A DNA stretch of 64,000 nt. Origin: Nitrospirota bacterium. GTDB lineage: Bacteria; Nitrospirota; UBA9217. How positions within the stretch are numbered: the stretch's first letter is position 1; each line of letters starts with the position of its first letter. Below are positions 54,445 through 64,000 of this stretch, piece by piece. A program made the translations under genes and the position numbers. The notes under the pieces are model-generated. The model was not told where the DNA came from. It ran no database searches and worked only from the letters and a program-made list of their open reading frames with translations. The stretch is taken from the NCBI GenBank assembly GCA_963741205.1, contig CAVUHW010000043.1, forward strand, positions 35,500 to 99,499, written 5' to 3'.

Positions 54445-55986
54445 ATGCTCGAATTACATCTCAATCAGCTCGATTATCCGCTGCTGAGCCTCATGATCTT
54501 CCTCCCCGTGCTCGGGGCGTTCCTGCTGCTGTTCATCCGGAACGCGGCCGCGGCGCGCTGGATCGCGCTCGGCGTTCTCGCTCGTCGAGATCGGCCTGTG
54601 CCTTCCGCTGCTCCTGAATTTCGACAGCGCCACGCCGAACATGCAGTTCGGCGAGAGCATGCCCTGGATCGCGGCCTGGAACATCAACTACAGGCTCGGC
54701 GTCGACGGGATCAGCATCCTGTTCGTGGCGCTGACCACGCTCCTCACGACGATCTCCATCATGGTCTCCTGGACGGCCATCCAGGACCGGGTCAGGGAGT
54801 TCATGATCGCGATGCTGTTCCTGGAGGCGGCGATCATCGGCGTGTTCGTGTCCCTCGACCTGTTCCTGTTCTACATCTTCTGGGAAGCCATGCTGATCCC
54901 CATGTACCTCCTGATCGGCGTCTGGGGCGGCCCGAACCGGCTGTACGCGGCGATCAAGTTCTTTCTGTACACCCTCGTCGGAAGCGTGCTCATGCTGGTC
55001 GCGATCATCGCCGTGTATTTTGCCGCAGGACATACCTTCGACGTGCTCGCGATCATGAACTATAAGTTCGACCGCACGTTCCAGATGGTCGCCTTCGCCG
55101 CGTTCTTTGCGGCGTTCGCGGTCAAGGTGCCGATGTTCCCGGTCCACACCTGGCTGCCCGACGCCCACGTGGAAGCGCCGACCGCAGGCAGCATCATCCT
55201 GGCCGGCATCCTCATCAAGATGGGGGCCTACGGGTTCCTCCGGTTCTCGCTGCCCTTCTTCCCGGACGCGGCGCATCGCCTGGACCCCGGCCATCATGGT
55301 CCTGTCCGTCATCGCCATCATCTACGGCGCCTACATGGCCTTTGCCCAGACGGACTTCAAGAAGCTGATCGCCTATTCGAGCGTGAGCCACATGGGTTTC
55401 GTCACGCTCGGCATCTTCGCGCTGAACAGCCAGGGCCTGGAGGGCGGCATTCTCCAGATGCTGAACCACGGCGTCTCGACCGGCGCGCTGTTCCTTGCCG
55501 TGGGCGTGATCTACGAGCGGACCCATACGAGGCTGATCGCCGACTACGGCGGCATTGCGGCGCGGGTGCCGGTCTATGCCGCGTTCCTCCTGATCATCAC
55601 GCTTTCGTCCATCGGCCTGCCCGGCACGAACGGTTTCATCGGCGAGTTCACGATCCTGCTCGGCGCGTTCCTGCACTAGAAGACCTATGCCGTGATCGCT
55701 TCGCTCGGGCATCATCCTGGGCGCGGGCTACATGCTCTGGCTGTACCAGCGCGTCGCCTTCGGTAAGATAACCAATCCGCACAACGAGCACCTGGCTGGA
55801 CATGAACATGCGCGAGGTCGCCGCGGCGCTGCCGCTGGTGGCGCTCGTCTTCATTATCGGCCTGTACCCGAATGCGGCCTTCGGGGTGATGCATGTATCG
55901 GTGTCGAACCTGATCCAGCACATGAACGCCAAGGTGGAGTCCGCGCCGGCCGTCGACGCAGACGCTCGGCACGATATAGGAAATAA
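54445..55986 (+). CDS. nuoM: NADH-quinone oxidoreductase subunit M (indels, one apparent TAG)
   Basis: [58 protein letters not shown]. Confidence 0.94.
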
Positions 55987-56006
55987 GGTAAGGAGAATCC
56001 GATGCC

Positions 56007-57455
56007 ATGTACCAGCAATTCCTGCAGACCATAATCCCGATGCTGCCCGAGGCCATCGTGATCGCGGTGGCGCTTTCGGTGCTCATCTTCGACTTTTTCA
56101 TCGGAAAAGGGCCACAAGTCCATCCTCGGCTGGTTCAGCCTGGGCGGCATCCTCCTCGCGGCATATGCAGTTACCAATTGATGGGCGATCAGCGGAGCCT
56201 TTTTCGGACGGCACGTTCCAGCTTGATCCCTTCTCCACGTTCTTCAAGTTCGTCTTCTACATCGCCTGCGGCCTCGGCATCCTCCTGTCCATGAACTACC
56301 TGAAGATCGAGGACATCCAACGCGGAGAATACTACGCCCTGATGCTCTTCGCCACGACCGGTATGATGCTCATGGCTTCGGCCGGCGACCTCATCACCCT
56401 GTACCTCGGCCTCGAACTCATGGCGCTTTCCATCTATATCCTCGCCGGGTTTCATGCGGCGGGACAACCGGTCGAACGAGGCGGCCATCAAGTATCTGGT
56501 CCTCGGCGCGTTCTCGTCGGGCATCATGATCTACGGCATGTCGCTCCTCTACGGGCTCTCGGGGACCACGAACCTGGCCGGGATCCTCGCGTTCCTGCGC
56601 ACGGCAGACCTCATGAACCCCGTCATCTTCCTGGCCATGATCATGCTGGTCGTGAGCTTCGGGTTCAAGGTGGCGGCCGTCCCGTTCCACATGTGGGTGC
56701 CCGATGTCTACGAAGGCGCGCCGACCTCGGTTACGGCCTTCATGTCCGCGGGGCCCAAGGTCGCCGGTTTCGCCGTTCTGCTCCGCGTGTTCCTGTACGC
56801 CTTCGGCCCGATGCACGACCATATCACGGTGGTCCTCTCCGGTCTCGCGGTCCTGACCATGGCGGTGGGCAACATCATGGCCCTGTCCCAGACCAACATC
56901 AAGCGCATGCTCGCCTATTCCTCCATCGCCCATGCGGGCTACGCCCTGGTGGGGCTCGCCGCCGGCGGCCCCGAGGGCGCGGCAAGCGTCATGCTCTATG
57001 TCTTTATCTATGCGCTCATGAACATGGGCGCCTTCGGCGTCGTGATCATGCTCAGGAAGGCGGGGGAGCGGGGCGAGGAGATCGCCGACTTTGCCGGGTT
57101 GGGCAAAACCAACAAGACCGCGGCGTTCCTCATGCTCATCTTCATGTTTTCGCTCACGGGCATTCCGCCCCTCGCCGGCTTCATGGGCAAGTTCTACATC
57201 TTCAAGTCCGCGGTCCAGGCCGGGCTTGTGTGGCTCGCCGTCGCGGGAGTATTGTTCTCGGCCATCAGCGCCTATTTCTACCTCCGCGTCATCATGGTCA
57301 TGTACATGAGCGAGCCCAAGGCAAGCTTCGAGATATCGACCTCACCGTCGCTTGCCCTTGCGCTGGCGATCTCGGTTATCGCCGTGGTCGTCATCGGCGT
57401 CTACCCCACCGACCTCCTGAATTACGCGCGCGCTTCGATCGCCGGCATCATGTAA
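56007..57455 (+). CDS. nuoN: NADH-quinone oxidoreductase subunit N (indels)
   Basis: EAAIKY, FKVAAVPFHMWVPDVYEGAP, KRMLAYSSIAHAGY, GIPPLAGFMGK. Confidence 0.95.
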
Positions 57456-57497
57456 GCCGGATCGGCGGCACTGACCCAATCAGCAGTTCTCGCGGGC

Positions 57498-58421
57498 ATG
57501 CATGTGACCATCAAGAATATAACCTGCCTGACGCTGCTCGTCGTGTGCCTCTCCTTTCCCCGGACAGGGCTCGCCGGATCTTCCGCTGACGAGGGGCGGG
57601 CCACGGAGTATCTCGACACGCAGCATCAGGCTGTCGATGAGCGGACACGGGAAACGGAAACGACCTTTCTGCCGACCGGGGACCTTTTCATTCCCCTCCT
57701 CGCCGACCCCAAAGAACCGAGATTCTACCTCAGCTACCGCATCTTCACGCTTCGCTCCAAACAGATCCACGCAGGCGTCGGCGGCTACGGGGAGATCTTC
57801 GGATTATACCGTCACCGGGACACGGCCGGCGGATACGACTGGCAGGCAAACTTCGGCGGCGGGATCCATTCCCAGTTCGATCTTCATTCCCCGTCGCTCG
57901 ACCTCATAAATACCGACTTCCTCATCGGCTTTCCTTTTTCATTCCGGAAAGGCGCCGGATCGTACCGGCTCACACTCTATCACCAAAGCTCCCACCTGGG
58001 CGATGAATTCCTGCTGCATAACAATATCGAGCGCATCGAACTTTCTTTTGAGGCGATCGATCTTCTCCGGTCGTACGAGTGGAAGACGTGGCGCGTCTAC
58101 TACGGAGGGGCTTACATGGTCCACAAGGAACCGACCAGCATGAAACCGGCGTTGCTGCACGGCGGTCTCGAATACTATGCCGCGGAGCCGCTCGTCGGCA
58201 GGGGCAGGCTGGTCGCAGGATGGGACCTGAAGTCCGACGAAGAACACGACTGGTCCCTGAACTCCTCGCTGAAGTTCGGGCTCCAGTTCGACAGCTCGGC
58301 CAATAACGGACGATACATCCGCCTCCTCGTTGAAGGATATAAAGGATTTACCCCCTATGGTCAATTTTTTTTGGACAGGACTTCCTATGCCGGTATCGGG
58401 GTATACCTGGGGTTTGAATAG
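57498..58421 (+). CDS. DUF1207 family outer-membrane protein
   Basis: Signal peptide; PLLADPKEP, DLINTDF, YHQSSHLGDEF. Confidence 0.8.
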   Translation: MHVTIKNITCLTLLVVCLSFPRTGLAGSSADEGRATEYLDTQHQAVDERTRETETTFLPTGDLFIPLLADPKEPRFYLSYRIFTLRSKQIHAGVGGYGEIFGLYRHRDTAGGYDWQANFGGGIHSQFDLHSPSLDLINTDFLIGFPFSFRKGAGSYRLTLYHQSSHLGDEFLLHNNIERIELSFEAIDLLRSYEWKTWRVYYGGAYMVHKEPTSMKPALLHGGLEYYAAEPLVGRGRLVAGWDLKSDEEHDWSLNSSLKFGLQFDSSANNGRYIRLLVEGYKGFTPYGQFFLDRTSYAGIGVYLGFE

Positions 58422-58477
58422 GGAGTCAGTTTGACAATCGAAGTCGGGACATCGGTAACTTGAGAGGAAAAAGAAAT

Positions 58478-58996
58478 ATGAGTGTCTTAATCGGGAAAGA
58501 AATCGGGAAGGCTTTAAAAAGTAAATTGATCACGATCGAACCGCTCGATAAATCGCAGATCGGCCCGGGTTCGATCGATCTTACGCTTGGCAATGATTTC
58601 CGGATTTTCATAAAACGTTCAAAGATCTATCATGTAAAAAACGATTCTCATTTTCAGGATATAACCAGGGCCGTTCATGTGAAAGACGGCGACTACGTCA
58701 CGATAAAACCCGGCGAGATGATTTTGGGGATCACGAAAGAAAAAATCACCCTTGCCGACAACATATCCGGCCGTCTTGAAGGGAGAAGCCGGTTCGCCCG
58801 TTTCGGCCTGGCCGTTCACGTGACCGCCGGTTTCATGCATCCCGGCATCTCCAACCATCAGGCCCTGGAAATAGTAAATTTAGGACATGCGCCGTTGGCC
58901 CTGTATCCCGGCACCCGGGTTTGCCAATTCATTTTTGAACGATGCGAAGGTCATGCCACATATAAAGGCAGATTTGTCAAGCAGGTTAAACCATGA
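58478..58996 (+). CDS. dcd: dCTP deaminase
   Basis: PGSIDLTLG, EGRSRFARFGLAVHVTAG, LEI.N, RVCQ. Confidence 0.9.
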   Translation: MSVLIGKEIGKALKSKLITIEPLDKSQIGPGSIDLTLGNDFRIFIKRSKIYHVKNDSHFQDITRAVHVKDGDYVTIKPGEMILGITKEKITLADNISGRLEGRSRFARFGLAVHVTAGFMHPGISNHQALEIVNLGHAPLALYPGTRVCQFIFERCEGHATYKGRFVKQVKP

Positions 58997-59079
58997 CCGG
59001 ATGGCTGTTCACTCCGGTATATTGCACCTGTGATAAGATACATTAAGGTAATAATCATTGGTTATCTGAGAAAATAAGT

Positions 59080-59697
59080 ATGTCGTCAAAAAGATATCAT
59101 ATCGTGCTCTTGATAATAGTATTGGCTTTTTGGACCTGGTCGGGAATCGAGCCGCATGATACCCGCCTTACCTGGGTCCTGGAAACCTTCCCGTTCATGA
59201 TTGCTTTGCCGATTCTGCTGCTTACCTATAAGAGATTTCCGCTGAGCAATTTAACCTATACTCTCATCGCGATCCACGCCATGATCCTGATGTTGGGTGG
59301 ACATTACTCTTACGCCAAGGTTCCGCTAGGCTTTTGGATGGAAGATTGGTTCGGCTGGACGCGTAATAATTACGATAAGATTGGGCACTTCATGCAAGGA
59401 TTTGGTCCGGCGATATATACGCGCGAAATTTTAGCGCGAACCTCGCCACTGAAGCGTGGCAAGTGGCTGGGCTTTTTATCCATCGCTGTACCTTTGGCTT
59501 TTTCAGCATTATACGAAATTTTTGAATGGATGGCTTCGCTTTCGAATCCGACTGATACCGAAGCCTTTCTGGGAACGCAGGGTTACATCTGGGACACGCA
59601 AACCGATATGTTTATGTGTCTCATCGGATCGATTGTTGCGATCGTCTTGCTTACGAAATTGCACAATCAACAGCTGCTCAAAAGCGGTGTGTACTGA
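59080..59697 (+). CDS. DUF2238 / YjdF family membrane protein
   Basis: TWVLE, GGHYSYAKVP, RNNYDKIGH, FLGTQG..WDTQTDM. Confidence 0.9.
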   Translation: MSSKRYHIVLLIIVLAFWTWSGIEPHDTRLTWVLETFPFMIALPILLLTYKRFPLSNLTYTLIAIHAMILMLGGHYSYAKVPLGFWMEDWFGWTRNNYDKIGHFMQGFGPAIYTREILARTSPLKRGKWLGFLSIAVPLAFSALYEIFEWMASLSNPTDTEAFLGTQGYIWDTQTDMFMCLIGSIVAIVLLTKLHNQQLLKSGVY

Positions 59698-59893
59698 AGA
59701 AGACGTGCAGAAGCTCTGGCGAAGCATGCTACGTGGCCTCCTTCCTGAATCCTTCACCACGGGCATGCTTGGCAAGGGTCATGATTCTACTGAAACATGT
59801 GTGGGCGGCCGCGTGTTTTGCTGCGGGGAGCTTTGAACTCGCCCTGCTTATAAAAAGAAGGCGGGACGGCAGTCCGTCTGGATTACCAGCGAG

Positions 59894-60840
59894 TTGTTCA
59901 GGTTCGTTCTTACTGGAGGCTCAAAACAGCGGCAAGACAAAACAATATATGAGTACCGGCTGATGCTTGGCACAAAGTCGGTCGATCTGGACGAGCTTAA
60001 GTTCAAAGCTCACGACGAGTACGAAATTCCGGCGGCTATCACCATTACCCGGGAGTCCGGGAAATGGTATGTCTCGTTCTCCTATGAGAAGCAAGGCGCG
60101 GTTATGAGCGAGCAGGAACTTCTCGAGCTTTACGGCGGCATGTCATCAGAGAGTCTCAATACCGTTGCCCTGGGAATGGACCGAGGGGTTGTAATCCCGC
60201 TGGCAACGAGCGACGGCTCGGTGCATGACTTCTCCGGCATACAAAAGGAGCGACTGGCAAAAAAGGATGCCCGGAAGAAGAGATATCAGAGGCAAATGGC
60301 GAGGCAGATCAAAGGATCCGGTCGCTTTAAGCAATCAGCAGCGAAATCAGCCCGGTGCCAGGCTTATGCTGCCAATGTGAGGCATGATTTCGCGCATAGG
60401 CGAGCCGCAAGCTCGTGGATTCACCCGCGGAGGTGTTCGTCTTCGAGGACCTCAAGGTCAAGAACATGACCAAAGCGCCAAAACCTAAGAAGTCAGCCGG
60501 CGGGACGTATATTCCGAACGGGTCAAAGGCCAAGGCCGGTCTCACAAGTCCATACTCGAATCAGCGTGGGGCAAGGTAAAACTCTTTACGACGTACAAAG
60601 CCTCGCGACGCAACAAGCTCGTTATCGCCATACCGCCGCACGACACCTCACAGGAGTGTTCGAAGTGTTCGCACACCACCCGGGCAATCGCCAATCACAG
60701 GCGGTGTTCGATCGCCAGAGTGTGGCTTTACGGAAAACGCCGATACCAATGCGTCTCTTGTTATCAAGAAGCGCGGCATAGAAATGCTGTATCTGGCGAA
60801 ATTGCGTAAAGCTGACAACGCGCATGGGCTAAGTTGAAAG
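59894..60840 (+). mobile_element. tnpB: Truncated and frameshifted TnpB (IS200/IS605 family)
   Basis: GKWYVSF, RuvC-I GMDRGV, RuvC-II VFEDL, TSQECSKC zinc finger, NADTNA; N-terminus absent. Confidence 0.8.
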
Positions 60841-60874
60841 CGGCATTGAGTAATAGCCGAGACAGACGACCATA

Positions 60875-61552
60875 ATGGGGATAAAAAATATAAAGGCATT
60901 GACTTTCGACGCTTACGGAACGATTTTCGATGTCTTCTCGGTGACCGCTCTGTGTGAGGAGCTGTTTCCCGGTAAGGGGAGCGCCCTGGCCCAGCTCTGG
61001 CGCGCGAAGCAACTCCAGTACACGCTGCTGCGAAGTTTGATGGGCCGCCACCGGGACTTTTGGAACCTGACCGAAGACGGCCTTCTCTATGCGTCAAAAA
61101 GCCTCAAGTTGGATATGACTGCCGCAAAGCGTACTCGCTTGATGGATGCCTGGCTGGGCCTCGCCGTATTTCCCGATGTGAAACCGGGCCTCACGGCACT
61201 CAAGAAAAAGGGGTTGCTCCTGTCCATCCTGTCCAACGGCGATCTCAAGATGCTGGAAGCGGCCGTGGACAACGGCGGAATTTCTGGTCTCTTCGACAGC
61301 ATTATCAGCGCGGGGGAAGCGGGGATCTATAAACCGAGTCCCCGGGTATATGGCCTCGGTCCCGAGCGAATGAAGGTGAGCAGCTCAGAGCTGGGGTTCG
61401 TTTCGTCGAACTCCTGGGACATAGGCGGCGCGGCATCCGCCGGACTGGCCACGTTCTGGATCCAGCGTGGCCAGGCGGAACCGTCCGAGGAACTGGGATA
61501 TGAAGCCTCTCGCACGGTGAAAAGCGTCGGTGAACTGGCTCAGATTGTTTGA
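60875..61552 (+). CDS. Haloacid dehalogenase type II
   Basis: FDAYGTIFD, WRAKQLQY, LSNG, YKPSPRVY, SSNSWD. Confidence 0.92.
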   Translation: MGIKNIKALTFDAYGTIFDVFSVTALCEELFPGKGSALAQLWRAKQLQYTLLRSLMGRHRDFWNLTEDGLLYASKSLKLDMTAAKRTRLMDAWLGLAVFPDVKPGLTALKKKGLLLSILSNGDLKMLEAAVDNGGISGLFDSIISAGEAGIYKPSPRVYGLGPERMKVSSSELGFVSSNSWDIGGAASAGLATFWIQRGQAEPSEELGYEASRTVKSVGELAQIV

Positions 61553-61745
61553 CTGTAAAAATGAAATATATTTCACGCGGAGACGCGAGGCCGCGTGGTC
61601 TAGAAACGCATTGGAGACACCGCTCTTCTCCGCGATCTTCGCCTGCGCCCGGTGTTTACGGGTGCGGCGGCGCGAGTGCAGGATGCGGGGAAAGAGAGAC
61701 AGTTGTTAAATCCGGCTTGTCCGGGTTAGGACTGGTTTATTTATT

Positions 61746-63221
61746 ATGACAAAAACAAACGGACATCAACACCGCGCTCTTTTGCAAAGGATCGCACGCC
61801 AGGCGATGGTCGAACGGGGGCTGCTGCCTGACTTCTCTCCCCAGGCACTTGCTGAACTGGACGGCATTCGCGCGTCTGCGCCGGAAAAACAAGAGGCGGC
61901 GCGCGATTTACGGCAGTTGCTCTGGTGTTCAATCGACAATGACGATTCACGCGACCTGGACCAACTGACGGTTGCGGAGAACATGCCCGACAGAAGCGTG
62001 AAAGTTCTTGTCGCCGTTGCCGATGTCGATGCCCTGGTCCATAAGGATTCGGCAATCGATGAGCATGCGCGCCAGAATACCACGTCTGTATATACTGCCG
62101 CCAGAATATTTCCCATGCTGCCCGAAAGGCTCTCGACGGACCTTACGTCTCTCAATTACGATTCGGAACGGCATGCGTTGGTCGTTGAAATGACTGTCGG
62201 GGAGGAGGGAGCACTTCTGCGATCCGATGTGTATGAGGCGCTGGTCAGAAATCGTGCAAAGCTGGCTTACAACAGCGTTGCCGCCTGGCTGGAGGGCTCC
62301 GGAGAGATTCCGCCGGAGATACGCGCGGTTCCCGGTCTGGACGAGAACATTCGGCTCCAGGACCTCGTAGCCCAGCGGCTGAAGAGACTCCGGCACGAGC
62401 ACGGTGCGCTGACCCTGGAGACCGTGGAGGCGCGGCTGGTGTTCGACGCGGATGAACTCAAGGATGTGCAGGCCGAACGAAAGAACAGGGCGAAGGATAT
62501 TATCGAGGATCTCATGATCGCGGCGAACGGCATCACAGCGCGCTTTCTTTCCAGCAAGGGGCTTCCGTCCTTCCGTCGCATTGTTCGCACCCCCAAACGG
62601 TGGGACCGGATCAGGGAACTGGCCTCGGACAGTGGCCAAGAGCTCCCCAAAGAGCCTGATGCGAGATCTCTTGAAGCGTTCCTCACACAGGCCAAAGCTG
62701 CCGACCCGATCAGGTTTCCCGACCTCTCGCTTGCGGTTATCAAGCTTCTCGGAGCGGGTGAATACGCGCTCGAAGTTCCGGGGGGCAGCTCAAGCGGCCA
62801 CTTTGGTCTTGCGGTCCAGGATTATTCCCACTCCACGGCCCCGAACCGCCGCTACCCGGACCTGATCACGCAGCGCTTGCTGAAGTCGGCGATAACGGGA
62901 CAACAGATGCCTTACGGGAACGGCGAGCTTACGGCGCTGGCAAAGCACTGCACGGAAAAAGAGGACGACGCAAAGAAAGTCGAACGGCAGGTGAGGAAAT
63001 CCGCGGCCGCAATGCTGCTGGAACACAGGATCGGGGAACAGTTCGACGCCATCGTTACCGGCGCTGCGGAAAAAGGCACCTGGGTACGTCTCCTGCATCC
63101 GCCCGTTGAAGGAAGGCTGACGAGCGGTTTTGAAGGCATTGATGTCGGCCACAGGGTCCGCGTGCAGCTTATGCGTACCGATGTGGAGCGTGGATATATA
63201 GACTTCAGAAAAGTCGGGTGA
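61746..63221 (+). CDS. RNB-domain exoribonuclease (short RNase II/R family)
   Basis: SIDNDDSRDLDQ, IEDLMIAAN, HFGL..YSHSTAPNRRYPDL. Confidence 0.92.
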   Translation: MTKTNGHQHRALLQRIARQAMVERGLLPDFSPQALAELDGIRASAPEKQEAARDLRQLLWCSIDNDDSRDLDQLTVAENMPDRSVKVLVAVADVDALVHKDSAIDEHARQNTTSVYTAARIFPMLPERLSTDLTSLNYDSERHALVVEMTVGEEGALLRSDVYEALVRNRAKLAYNSVAAWLEGSGEIPPEIRAVPGLDENIRLQDLVAQRLKRLRHEHGALTLETVEARLVFDADELKDVQAERKNRAKDIIEDLMIAANGITARFLSSKGLPSFRRIVRTPKRWDRIRELASDSGQELPKEPDARSLEAFLTQAKAADPIRFPDLSLAVIKLLGAGEYALEVPGGSSSGHFGLAVQDYSHSTAPNRRYPDLITQRLLKSAITGQQMPYGNGELTALAKHCTEKEDDAKKVERQVRKSAAAMLLEHRIGEQFDAIVTGAAEKGTWVRLLHPPVEGRLTSGFEGIDVGHRVRVQLMRTDVERGYIDFRKVG

Positions 63222-63318
63222 AAAGTGCTGTGCGTTTCTTGCTCCAAAGTTCGTCAGTCCTTCTCAGCGTATGATTCTCCTCATAACGCTCTTGCCTCAT
63301 GCATGATATAATTCCCGC

Positions 63319-64000
63319 ATGAAAACCGAGGCAAAGGGCTACTTCCTGAAAGAATACGGCTCCTGGAGCGTCCTGACAGTCGCTTATCTCGCCGGCATCG
63401 GCGTGAGCCGGACGTTCTCCTGGAAATTGGTCCCGCTCTTCCTCTCCCTCGCGCTTCTGATCAATTCGAAGCAAGCTTTCACAAAATGGAACCGGCGGAC
63501 TGACGAGAAACGATCGTTCGTCATCTTCCTCGCGCAAATCGCCGTTGCAGCAGTGATCCTTCTCGTAATTTTCGGCGGCGACATCCCTATGCTTTTGCCG
63601 CTCCTCGTCTTTCCGGCTGCCTACCTTCTTTCGAGCAAGATCAGCGGCGAGCACTTTATCCTGACCGAACTTCTCGGCTTTGCTCTCATCAGCCTGGCCG
63701 CCGTACTCGCGAAATTCCTTCTCACGGGCGGGCTGGATGTGAGGCTCTTTCTCTGTGTGGCGCTTTACTTCACTGCCGGCGTGTTCAAGGTCAAGACGCT
63801 GCTCCTCCGGAAGACGAAAGACCGGGTGCTGGGTGCTCTGTATATCATAGTGTCCGTTTACGTATACCACAGGATGCATATTCCAATCATCCTCCTTCTG
63901 CCTCTCGTGGATAATATTGTTGTTGCAGCAAGGCCGTACAAGATCAAGCTTCGTACCACAGGTTGGACTGAGGTGGTCAAGAGCATTGCGTTCCTTGGGC
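63319..64000 (+). CDS. YwiC-like membrane protein (runs off the window)
   Basis: Open frame MKTEAKGYFLKEYGSWSVL... with many TM segments and a VKT motif; absent from the ORF track because it has no stop. Confidence 0.7.
   Translation, partial: MKTEAKGYFLKEYGSWSVLTVAYLAGIGVSRTFSWKLVPLFLSLALLINSKQAFTKWNRRTDEKRSFVIFLAQIAVAAVILLVIFGGDIPMLLPLLVFPAAYLLSSKISGEHFILTELLGFALISLAAVLAKFLLTGGLDVRLFLCVALYFTAGVFKVKTLLLRKTKDRVLGALYIIVSVYVYHRMHIPIILLLPLVDNIVVAARPYKIKLRTTGWTEVVKSIAFLG

Noticed and set aside
55677-55679. In-frame TAG in nuoM as possible pyrrolysine or recoding
   Set aside because: Non-catalytic loop position, adjacent to another indel, and no pyl genes seen; a base-call error is far more likely

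Overview
GC-rich bacterial chromosome segment. Gene content and style suggest an anaerobic Nitrospirota- or Desulfobacterota-like organism (inference). The assembly is clearly error-prone: many essential genes (rnhB, rimO, hemE/hemY, most nuo genes) are split by single-base indels, so frameshifts are treated as sequencing errors, not pseudogenes. In order the window holds: the trmD end, rplS, rnhB, yraN, a cNMP-binding protein, rimO and an S1 protein; an AT-rich accessory patch (truncated adenylate cyclase, IS1380-like transposase, integron-type cassettes with very short attC sites, BrnT/BrnA); hemE-hemH-[GxxExxY]-hemY; mltA; a methyltransferase and U32 protein; a LonC-like protease; an HD nucleotidyltransferase; a thioredoxin-like/MerB fusion with an in-frame UGA and a SECIS-like hairpin (candidate selenoprotein organomercurial lyase); NamZ plus a MurU-AmgK fusion; a YVTN-cupredoxin protein; a five-gene exopolysaccharide operon; a complete complex I (nuoA-N) operon interrupted by a DRTGG/CBS-kinase/PHP/HATPase module and carrying a HydBC(D)-type NADH module; then DUF1207, dcd, DUF2238, a decayed TnpB, an HAD hydrolase, an RNB nuclease and a YwiC-like gene. 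Intergenic gaps repeatedly contain palindromic elements built from 7- or 9-bp periodic repeats, one of which brackets the GxxExxY gene. No rRNA, tRNA or CRISPR array was recognised.
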